A stretch of DNA of 64,000 nucleotides from contig NW_002060945.1 of NCBI RefSeq assembly GCF_000150275.1, positions 1,678,199 through 1,742,198 on the forward strand, written 5' to 3'. Below are positions 27,505-38,700 of this stretch, in pieces. This DNA is from Trichoplax adhaerens (taxonomy: Eukaryota; Animalia; Placozoa). Both the position numbers and the translations under genes were made by a program. Positions within the stretch are counted from its first letter, which is position 1, and each line of letters starts with the position of its first letter. Under the pieces are notes generated by a model, which was not told where the DNA came from, did no database searches, and worked only from the letters and a program-made list of their open reading frames with translations.

Positions 27505-30375
27505 ATGAAATCGAATAAATTTAGTAATGATATAGTTCCACTTAACATAAATGAAGATCGAAAAAATTCGGATAAAAGTGGGACTATAGCTCGTCATATT
27601 TCTACAAGATCATCCCTTGAAAATAACGTAGACACGGAAAATAGCAATAATAGATTTGGCATTGACGACGGCATCAGACCTATTACAAATTCTAACGATC
27701 CAATTATCATCGCTATTAAACCAATTTTATGCATATTAAAAGTATTTGGCATCTATTATTCGAATCGTGAACATCGAACTTCAATGTTAGCCGACTGTCA
27801 ACTAAAAAAGAAGCGATCAAGAAAGACTTTTTTCACGCCTTTACGAATTTATGGCTTGGCGGTTTGCCTTGTGCTATGGATCAATACAGGACGATTCTGG
27901 GCTAATATTTTTACATATCAAAATACATCTTGGATGCCATTTGTTATATTATACGTTCTATGGCTTTTCCAAGTAGCAGGCAATGTATCTCTTTATTATT
28001 ATATGTGCCATCGTAAGTTGCCGATACTCTTTAAGCACATTAGTAAGATACAAAGTAACGAATGTCAAGACTTTTTAGCTTGTATCGGGCGTTATACTAG
28101 AAAACGATGTATCTATTTTCTGATTCCGGCGACGATCTTTGCCTCTATTAATATCGTGTTTCCTATATTCTCTCAATTTGGTCCAATTACAGAATTGAGA
28201 GTTGTAATGGATGTGATAAATAGTCCATGGCAAAATTCTACTGTCTTTCCCTACGTGTACATATTTGCAATTCACGTCTATTGTACAATAGCATGGATCT
28301 ATCCAATGGTTCTATTTTGTTTATGCTGCTTGATAATGGCCCATAAATTCCATACCTTAACTAAACGCTTTAAAAAGGCGATTCTACGGAATAACAGCGA
28401 TATTATCCGGACTCTAGCGATTTATCGAGAACAACATCAAGCGTACTGTGTTATAACAGAATTACTTTCAGATACTTTCTCATTATTTATAGGTTACTTA
28501 TACGTTACAAACCTTGCAATAGCTTGCTTTAATTTATATCGCCTAATTTTTAACTGGAGCGTAAATGGTTTGTTAATGAACATTATACTAATAATATGGT
28601 TCATTGCTACTACTGGTATGACTATAATAATTTCATGGGTTGCTTCTATTCTTAATGCAGAGGTACAGTATAACAATATTACACTAAACAAGTAATACGA
28701 TGAAGTTTATTCTCTATTATTATTTCAATATATACGAATTCGAAGTTCGTCAAGAACGAGTACGCTTACAATACACTAAATTATCATGTTATCGATTTGT
28801 ATCTATATAATCAATACTTATAATATTGTTAAATGTATTAAACATAGAAATACAAAAACTTGAATAATGATGTAAATAGACTCGTAAAATTGTTATCTAA
28901 ATTTAGACGATTTCGACTTCCCTTTCGAAGTAACTAAGATTTATCGCTTAGTATTCCGTTACGCTAGATTTGATTTAATGGTATTTTATCGTAATAAATA
29001 TTCTTAGGCACATTCTCCAATATCAGTGTTATACTCTCTACAAACTCGAAATATTGGTAACGACGGATTAGCAGAGGTAAGCTTTTATATAGTTATCGAA
29101 ATTTCTACATAAGTAATAACATAAAATCAAGTTAAAGTATATACTGTAAACATATTACTTTATGTCGTATTGTACTATTTCGCAGTCACTCATAACATTA
29201 TCGTATGTAGCTTATCAGTAAAATTACTTTTATTTTCTATTAATTATAATAAATTGGCTATGTATAGTTAACTACGCTAATACAGCTGAAGTAAACAGAG
29301 ATAGAATAGTAACATTCTACACTCTGCAATATCTAGTGGTGAAAATTATTGATTATATCTCATCTATATTACTTACAGTATAGTATATCAATAACTTAAT
29401 ATATTTTCTATATGTACTATAGTTGGTAGCGATTTATTAACGACCGTTTGTAAATGTATAAAATCAAATAAGTAATATTTCTTTCAAGCTAATCTACTAA
29501 AATTCAATTTTCTGCAGTTGCTCCTATTTGAGTCTCGCCTTCTGGGAGAACCCATTGGTATCAGCGTTGTTGGAATGTTTGTGATAACAAGATCTTTGAT
29601 TTTAACGGTAGGTATTACAGATAATTCTTTAGATGTATTATTACAACTAACTAGATACATTTTTCAGATCTCTATTTACAATTCTTTCTCGTTACTATTT
29701 ATATTTTTATAATCGGCGAGATATCGCAGCTTAAATCTATAGTATGTAAAGAACTCACGAGGTTACTTGCCGTACTTACCCATTAACCCGTTATAGTTTC
29801 TTTATTGATAAATATGTTGGATTTAGTTATCTTTACTGTGGCAGCTATCTTATATAGCTATTAATATACAGCACAGATTACAGCTAATATTGATATTAAT
29901 TAATTAATTATACTACACTTCGACCTTAATCTAAACATTAAAGAAGACTCATTACTTACATTCAGTTATACTATTATCTAATAAAGCAGTTTTAAGATTG
30001 TTGCATTAAAGCTCAGTATACGCGTATATGTACTATTGTACATATAAAAATATAATAGCGCGTGAATGACAGACAATATTACCAACATATCAAGTATACA
30101 GTATACGATATGTTAAATCGGCTGGGCTATCTATCTTTCTAGATTCGCATGATTATACTGTCGATTATCACTTATTAGAATAACGTAAAATGAATGATAT
30201 ATGTAATTAATTAGTTGTTAAACTACTAGGTCTTCTGTAACTGTAGTCTATATCTTTACAGATGTCTTTGATAACGCGATAGTAATCTTTATTTTATATT
30301 TTATTTTTTCTAAAGTTGCTAGGTATTTTTGTTACCTACTTCTTTCTTTTAGCGCAGCTACATGGAAAGGCTTAA
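27505..30375 (+). CDS. Gustatory receptor-like (GRL) copy 2, 458 aa. Exons 27505-28662, 29008-29076, 29518-29607, 30316-30375
   Basis: Tandem paralog of 22502-25393 with the same exon phases, intact ORF and identical last exon (VTYFFLLAQLHGKA*). Confidence 0.9.
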
Positions 30376-31727
30376 ACGAATTAAGATTCTCGTGAGCACT
30401 TACAAAGGGTTTACAATTTCTGAAGTTACAGTTACGAGGAAAAAATACTGTTACTACTTAAGACGAAAACAAGTTTATATCAACTCATTAATAAACTATT
30501 TAGATGGTTATTATATTAATTAATTACTTAAGGATTATCACTAAACCTATCTTAATTTTATCGTAATAGCGTATTTTATATAAACTATACTATACGTATA
30601 TCTTTAAGCTATACTCTGTTTACACGACGTATATTTTAAAAGTCGCTTTAAATAATTAAAATTTAGAACATAATTTTTTGTCCCAAATTTGAATATCAAG
30701 CAATATTCTATTGTTTGTAGTTGTTTTACTGAGCCTTAAATAGTTTCAGGTACTATCATGGAAATTGTAATGCAACAACTAGCTCGTCTTTACAGTTTAC
30801 TTTTACAGGTTATCTTGATATCTAAACTTTAAATAATATGATATTTCTATAGCGCATCGGAATTAATCTTTATGTTCTATACGGCTAAATATAAATTAGA
30901 CTCTGTTAGCTGATATTTTCACTACTACATACCCCTGAACACTTGTACATTGCTTTAGATCTTCTTATAGAATGAAATCTAATTTATCCTTCACTATAGT
31001 AACTTCTTTGAGAATATTAAAGTCACTTCTGGAGATTAATAGTGTGACTACTTTTCGCGATTTGATATTAGACATTATGATGTACGGTATTAGCGTAATA
31101 CTAAATATATTGTAGATAAATATAGGATATCTTGCTAACATCTATCAGATTTCTGTTAAGATATTAGTTGCTACTGCATATCACGATTAAAAAGCAGTAC
31201 TTGTATTTACTATAATCTAATGTTACATAGTATTACAATTTATGCAACACCAATACCGACTTAATATAATAAATCGAAAATTTAGCATCATCGTATAGTA
31301 TCGATTTCTAACAGGGTACAGTAGATTAAATTATCTAGCGAATGTATGGTGAAAAGATGACATGAGCTTTCTTTTCTACTCTGTAAGAGTGCAGTGATCG
31401 ACTGTGCCTGTTCTATCGTTTAATCCTGCGCATCCAGCGACTAAATACTACCTTGAAGTAAAGGGTTAGGTCATGATTGGAGTTTTAGCGCTACTATCAT
31501 GAAAATAGTTTTACTATGTTACGAATAATAGGATGAAAATTCATGAAAGCGTAATATATTACTATAAGACGACGTTCATATTTTAGCAGAATTAAATACA
31601 GTATTATGTGACGTAAAGCTAAATTATACATAATTTTTATTCCAAGAAAACCAATCGTTTTTTAAGTAAGAATTTATTAATCACGTCATTAGGTTAAAAT
31701 TAATAACAGTTCTTGCTGGCATACAAT

Positions 31728-33650
31728 TTATCCACGAGAATACTTTCCCCATAAATGGAGTAAGAAAATAGCAACAATGTATATGATACTCATGACTAAA
31801 ACTGGCACAGGCTCTCTGTTGATATAAAAAAGAGTGACACAAATTATTTAGTTGTTGCACGAGTAGAATAAGAAACTACGCTACCGATAGTATGATCAAA
31901 GGATCACTTAGCAATATCTATTCAGACTTACACTTTAAATCCTGGAGAATCTTCCGTGAAAAATCTCCACGATGTCGCTGCACCTGCAGAACCAACTCTT
32001 GGAGCAGCACCGCCGGCACCACCACCGGTAGGTTTTCTTTTTGAAAATACAAACGTAAATATTTACGTCATTATATACATGTATATACATCTACAAAAGA
32101 TCGAGGCTGTTAACAGTCGTTTCACATCATAACAGCTACTACTACTATACTACTGCACATACAATTTTTGATAAGTCAACGAAACCGTGTAGGGCTTCAA
32201 AATCACAACTTCAATAAATCTAGATCTGATTTAAACTCGCATATTGTCATGTACGCTTATCTAGCAGCATGTGTATGAAATAATAGTGGCAAATTGATAC
32301 TATCAAAAGGCGTATAAAATCTTGTAACTCAGAATACCTTTGGCGTACTCCACTTGCACCCTTGACCGGTGACTTTCCACCAGCAGCAGCTCTCCCAGAC
32401 CCAACGGAAGTAGAAGAAGGCGAAGTAGGCTGAAATAGATTGAAGAGTTTGTTATAAAGTGTGAAGATTGCAGTTATCATAGTCAATAACGTCTATGTTA
32501 TATCTATACCAGTAGAAAATAATTGTAGTGTCAGGTTTAAGCGTTTTGCATACTGTGCGAAATGTAGACTCCGTGACTGTACTGATTAGTCTTCAATCTC
32601 AAAGGTAACAATTGTATACTACCGCATTGATGGAAAGTTTACGCTGTCGCTTTATAGTCAGGGGTCTGCCATGGCATTGGAAGTAAAAATGCTAATTCAT
32701 TTAGGTATAGTATAAGCCCAATCATGAATATGAGTGTCGTTGACGTTGATCGAATTGTGGAAGGGGAGAATGGTATATAATACAGTGTATAAACATATAT
32801 AATGGTATGCGCGTACAGTACAGTATATAGGGTACTATAAACAGTATGTAAGCGTATATACCATTTCACGACCGGTTGACTGCAGATAAATTTTAGGAAA
32901 ATTCTAACCAGGAACTTTAACATTACTAACAAACGAATAGCAGTCATGGGAAACTGAAAATTACACCGATTACCATTTGTAGATATAAAATAATAGATTA
33001 TTATGGGTGATGGTTGGCACGCGAAAATTTTTAAAGCGATCCGAATGATCAAAGCCAAGCAAAACTTTGAAAGCTTCTATTGCAAGTCATCCTGTAGTGC
33101 GGTGTAAGCAAATTGAAGACATGTTAAGCTGATTTTCCATAGTGAAGTGGCATCGATTGGAAATGGATGATGTAAGATTCAAAGCAATTTGAATCCTACA
33201 TGGGTAGCAAGAGTCTGTTGATGGTCGGCAAGCGTCAATTTTTAAAGCGATCAGAATGATGAAAGTCAAACAAAACTTTGAAAGCTTCTATTGCAAGTCC
33301 TCCTGTAGTACGGTGTAAGCAAATTGAAGACATGTTAAGCTGATATTTCCATAGTGAAATGGCATCGATTGGAAATGAATGATGTAAGATTCAAAGCAAT
33401 TTGAATCCTACATGGGTAACAAGAGTCTGTTGATGGTTGATAGTAAAACGATTTTGCATTGCTTTGGTACAATTTCAAATGTTGAATGACGATTGTTTGA
33501 AAAGTGGTTATCCCCATTCAGTACGCTAACTTGGGGTTAGGGTCACTTTTCAATAGTACATTCGAATGGAGAAATTCAATGCAATCATCCATCTATTGCA
33601 TCAAGAGATTCTATTCGTTTTCATACGTCTAATGAAGGAAATCTTACCAT
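31728..33650 (-). CDS. SEC61B: Protein transport protein Sec61 subunit beta. Exons 33650-33648 (ATG only), 32429-32338, 32036-31932, 31815-31728
   Basis: Spliced product [14 protein letters not shown]...VRQRKP...[41 protein letters not shown]. An ATG|gtaag first coding exon matches the vertebrate SEC61B layout; that exon is the least certain part. Confidence 0.93.
33009..33437. repeat. About 212-bp direct tandem duplication in SEC61B intron 1
   Basis: gatggt...tttttaaagcgatc...caaaactttgaaagcttctattgcaagtc...caagagtctgtt occurs twice (about 33009-33220 and 33221-33432) with scattered substitutions. Confidence 0.9.
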
Positions 33651-33757
33651 AGTTTTAATTTGGATATTTTACAAGAGAGAAAAAAGTTTTGCTGTCTTCA
33701 ATTGGGATCCTATCGATCAGTGAGAGTACTTTGACTTCAGTAGTCTACGTTACGCTG

Positions 33758-33860
33758 GCACGCGCAGAGAACGCTCTTCTGTAGGCTTGTTTTCGTTGAT
33801 TTGCATGGGACAGTATTGCGCACGCGTGGTTGGAGGAAATTGCCCCATGGTGCACGCGCA
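33758..33860. promoter_or_regulatory. SEC61B proximal promoter with three GCACGCG (NRF1-like) motifs and an octamer
   Basis: GCACGCGCAG 33758-33767, TGCGCACGCGT 33817-33827, TGCACGCGCA 33851-33860 and ATTTGCAT 33799-33806, in a CpG-rich patch 100-210 nt upstream of the ATG. Factor assignments are inference. Confidence 0.5.
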
Positions 33861-33869
33861 GTGCAACAG

Positions 33870-35515
33870 TATCTGTACAGTACACGCTACAGTAGTGTGT
33901 ACCGTACTCTACACTGTACAGTACTATACAGTACAAGACGTGCAGAGTTAGGCTGAAGATGACTGCTTTCCATCGGACAGGTTGGTTTGCCTTAGTAAAC
34001 TATGCAAGTTGAACAATTTCAAAATGGAAGCCTAAGCGTAATCATCCTCTACAGTACAGTACTGTACAGTATGTTGTGTTCAGGAACTACTAAAAGAAAA
34101 GGAGAGGGACCTTTTCTTCCAGTAGTTGCGGTGGTTTGTTGATCAGGTGTATTACTAGACTAATTATTCCCATGCAGTCGAACATAGCAGACCGATTGCA
34201 TTTCAATTTTATTTTCTACTCGATCTCTCAGGTTATGGACTGAAACATTTCAAGCGATACCACTTGTAATTCTTGAAGATATCGAGTCTAAAATGCAATG
34301 CAATCTGTAATCACCTACTCTAGTAAAAAAGCGATGTTGACATTAGAAAGGAAGCATCCTCCATGCTAGAGTAGGCCATGTTTTACGTGTAAGCATTTGA
34401 TTCGCTGCTGACGTCTCTATACAGTATGACAGCATTTGTGCATTGTCATCAATCAGTACTGTACCCAGTGTACAGTACTTTCGTGTACTGTACACTGTAG
34501 TGTTCATTGTGCTACTGTACTGTACTGTACTGTACTGTACTGTAGAATTTGCACTGTACAGTACAGTGTACAGTACAGATTCTGTTCTGTAAAGCTTTGA
34601 CCGTAACGACGGCTGTTCAAGTTACAGTGTACAGTACTGTACAGTAGCAGCTACAGTATTATGTCGACGTGTACAGTACTGTACCACTGTAGACTCATAC
34701 AGTACAGTACTGTACAGTGTACAGTAGACTACATACTGTACAGTAGACCATGAACTACTGTACAGTACGGTACTGTACTAAAAGTCGAAAAGAAGACCTT
34801 TTGGTAGGGGTACTGGATACTGTACACAGTAGTTACCCCAAAACAAGAAATCACATTTCATTGGCCAAAACAACAGTGTCATTACACTGCTGTACTGTAG
34901 TACGCACTTTTCCACCGTACACGATGAGAAAATAGCCGCTACAATTAGTGCTATACTGTACACTGTGGGATACGGATACTTAATTTGGGCCAATGAGATG
35001 CAATTTGTTGTTTTTTGATCACTACTATACAGTATACACTCTTTCAATAGTCCATGTCTTCCACTTTTTATACAGTACTCAGTGAGTGTACACACTGCCA
35101 TCAATGGACTACTACAGTAGATACTATAGTATACCGGTATACTGTACACTGTACTGTACAGTACTGTAGTACTGTATCTAGTAGTCCATAGTACAGTACA
35201 GTACAGTACTGTACACTGTACAGTACACAGTATACTGTACAGTACACAGTATACTGTACAGTACATAGTCCACAAAATAAACCATCAAAATACTGTACAG
35301 TACTGTACAGTAGATACTACAGTACTGTATACCGGTATACTGTACACTGTACTGTACAGCAGTATCTAGTAGTCCATGGTGCACTGCTGTACAGTATAAT
35401 AAATACTGCAAAAAATAAACCATCAAAATACAGTATGCGGTGATTTACAGTACACGTACTGTACTGTATCTGAAAAGAAATTCTACCCACTGTACTGTAC
35501 TGTACTGTACTGGAC
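33870..35515. repeat. Dense ACAGT/ACTGT pentamer repeat island in the SEC61B-ERP44 divergent intergenic region
   Basis: (ACTGT)n run at 34514-34543, mixed-orientation arrays at 34550-34780 and 35110-35515, and an internal imperfect duplication of about 190 bp (35111-35300 vs 35305-35435). Confidence 0.9.
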
Positions 35516-35763
35516 ACATTGGTCATTGACTGGAGTTGATGATCGCTGCAGGTATCGCATTGTACTGTTTAGAGCACTGGTGGAGAAGCTTCAGCTATCG
35601 TACCGTACCGGACCGAACTAGTGCAAGTATTCCTTAATTAGAATTCGTAAAGGACCATCAAGAGAACGTTGAATCGATCGATCTGCTTGCTATTTGTCCA
35701 TCGACTCCTTCTTCAAGCTGTCTGTCTACCAGATTCGTATGGTTTGAAATTAGCCCAGGGAAA

Positions 35764-38700
35764 ATGCGATACCTTTCCTTACTTTTGGCATTGATGGTAG
35801 GATTATACATTCTTTTTATACTGGATAATTTCTAAAATAGCTTATCAATCAGTTCAAACCCGACCTTTCTCAGGTCTACCTGCAAGACTGAAACACTGTG
35901 TCTTTGAAAATTTCACTGACGTATTTTCACTTCACTCAGTCAAGATAGATGATACTTATTTCACTGTCCTTTAATCGATGTAGAGATACATAAAATGCCT
36001 TGAAGAAGACTTAATGTTGAATCATGAAAGTAAAATGAAGACTATTTGTGATAGGAAATTTTCCACAGTCATTTCTTGTTTGATCTCGATCATTGTTTTC
36101 AATTGAGCCAAATTGAAACGAAACAGGATAGTGCACAAACGGTTGAGTCGCTTTACTCTGTACTATTGCAATATTCCTTTCAAGGTTAAAGCCGATACGA
36201 TTTCAAATCAATCCTTGATTGATATCATATTAAAACTGCGTTGTTCGTTGAATTCGCTCGGCTATCAAGCTTTGTACCCACAAGAAGGCATACAGTAACT
36301 TTGCACTGACTATATTCCCAGCGATAGAGCTGTGGACAACAATAATATCTCAATACGGTATAGAAAATGCTACAGCTTCAAGTAGAGATAGTCGATCAAG
36401 CAGACCTGCATTCAAACACGACCAACTTTCATCCGCTATGTTTCCAGGCTTGATGACAGTAATTGTATAAATAAATCCAACAGACTGACGTAAATTGGCG
36501 CTTATTTATACTGCTACTATTTATAAGCGCAACTTGATTCAACGAGTTAAGCATCAAAGTACTATCCAACTCATTGCTATATCACCAATACACATCTTCC
36601 ACAGTACAGTATAGACTATCTCTAAATACATAGTAACCTCCATCATGTTATGCTAGCCTACAGTGCTGCATCTTAATACGACAATAGCACCACGTATTCA
36701 TTATATCTAAATGGACGCGTATATTTAGATATACATGTCCAATTAGTTATACTATGACTACACAACGACACATCAATTATAATTACATATAGCGTATATA
36801 GATTTCAATAATGTTATGCAACACATGGATTAACAGAGAGTATCCCATTGATTAGCTGATACTCGCTCAAAATTGACTCGGTTGAAGTATTGAATGCTTA
36901 GAGGACTGCTATATAAGAAAATAAAGAGTATCGTCTTACATGCTCGTGCAATCCACAACTAAGACACAATAATATAAATATTTTCATTCAGTAGACCTCT
37001 CATCATGTCTAGATTGCAAAATGGATATCCATTAATTTATACTCGGATAAAAGTGAGCATTTAATTAAAGACTAGCTTTCTAGAATTGTTCTGTCTAGAC
37101 ATACTGTGTATTACAATTAGAAATTAGAAATGATGAGCGACTTGGACAACCGAGATGTAAATCTGAGAGAAAGCTTGATCAGCATTGCAATAATATTGTT
37201 ATGAAGTAACAGAATAATAAGTACTATAGGTAATGGAATACCTATAAAAAAGTGATCTATTCGATGTTGGCGTAATTATTTCTATTATACGAGTTTATTC
37301 CTGTGTTTCCACTGTACTATCGCTGAAATTACCAGTTGTCCTACTGGAGATTAATCCAACGCCACTAATTTAAAGTTTACTCTGCGAGATCGATATTGGC
37401 GTGGCACAGGCGTATGCGTATTTTTATCGACTTGGAGAACAGTACTATTACGTTCGCTGACAAACACTTTCACTGCCTAGTTCAGCGCTTTAAAATCAGT
37501 TAGAAATAAAGCTGATATGTAAAATTAAAAATTGTGTTACTTCTTACAGGATGATCTTGCACCTGATTAATTGTTGAAGGATAGCAGTATGAAGTGTTAA
37601 AGTGGAGTAGTTTTGTTATTCGCTTGCTCATAACAGCTATGTTGAGATAGGGTATCTTTTGTGTTAAGCATTATCAGTTATACCCAATAATTTTATACTT
37701 TCACAGTCACTAACAACGTACTACTGTATTTAAGCTTAGTAAATACAATTAAACCAGATTATATATTTTCTGGTGCGGTGAAAGTAATGCATGAATAATA
37801 CTAAGCGGATGATTTTTATACCTACTCCTGATTGACGCTAACGCTTTTAATGAATCATCAAACGGCCCTCGATTTCGTGATTGATGTAGTGATTAGAGTA
37901 TTTCTATCATTAAAATACATGTATATTTCCTAGCTACCGATCATCGCTTTTCACCTAATTAATTACGTTCAATAAATATGAAATAAAATCTTAACAATGC
38001 ATGCACATGTATGCAGTGTTAGTTGTAACTTTTAAAAATTGACTACAAATTGTACTAGACTGTAGACTATAACGATCGCTAATCTCTAGCAGGCTTTATT
38101 ACAAATTCGTTACAATATCATAGCAGATCCTAAGTTTTATTGATATTATCTTTTCGTCTTACAGAAGATAATCGGTATTATACAGTTACAGTTTCATGTA
38201 GCGTACATCAAAATGATTAAATGCCCCGCAAACCCGAAATTTGAAATTTTTGTACCTGTAGATAGTGTCCGTGCCTTCGTTACAGATTATTAGGTGATGA
38301 CAATCATGGCAATACTCTTTATGTTCCAATCACCTGGGTATAAATTATTGGCACAGTTATAGTATTAGCATACTGTAACTTTAATCTTCAATTCAGTCTT
38401 ACTATTTCTTGACTTATATAACTGCGGAAATGTTGCAACACTTTCTGTACAATACAATAAACAATTGCTTTTCGTACAACAATTCATTTATTAAAATACA
38501 TTTTTTGTTGATTATTATTTTAGTGTGTATGTCTATTCGAAGAATCTGATGCGGGCGCCATTGATTTAACTGAGCAAAATTTCGATGCTGAACTAGGTAT
38601 TATATCTGCTATGTAATTTCAGTATTATACGTACCGTGTACGTATGCTGGCATTTTTTTCGCCAGTGTAGCGCTAATTACTATTGGACTGATATGTGCGT

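Larger units (their letters stand above)
21610..31883 (+). repeat. About 5-kb tandem segmental duplication: roughly two full units plus a third copy of the junction segment
   Basis: 21610-26580 aligns with 26580-31590 across promoter, GRL gene and 3' flank. Similarity of 31590-31883 to 26580-26873 ends at ctacgct inside SEC61B intron 3. Confidence 0.88.

Noticed and set aside
23105-28691. Duplicated antisense ORFs inside the GRL exons
   Set aside because: Shadow frames of the GRL coding sequence, duplicated only because the gene is duplicated.
32639-33058. 139-aa minus-strand ORF
   Set aside because: Lies within SEC61B intron 1, has a non-ATG start and low-complexity composition.
33009-33437. 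Intronic snoRNA pair in SEC61B intron 1
   Set aside because: C-box-like ATGATGA words are on the strand opposite the host gene and no convincing C/D or H/ACA architecture was seen. An Rfam/Infernal search would settle it.
34750-35526. ORFs rich in Y/C/T/V/S/L
   Set aside because: Artefacts of ACAGT/ACTGT pentamer repeats; the same applies to ORFs at 14-16.5 kb, 33745-33936 and 58799-58993.
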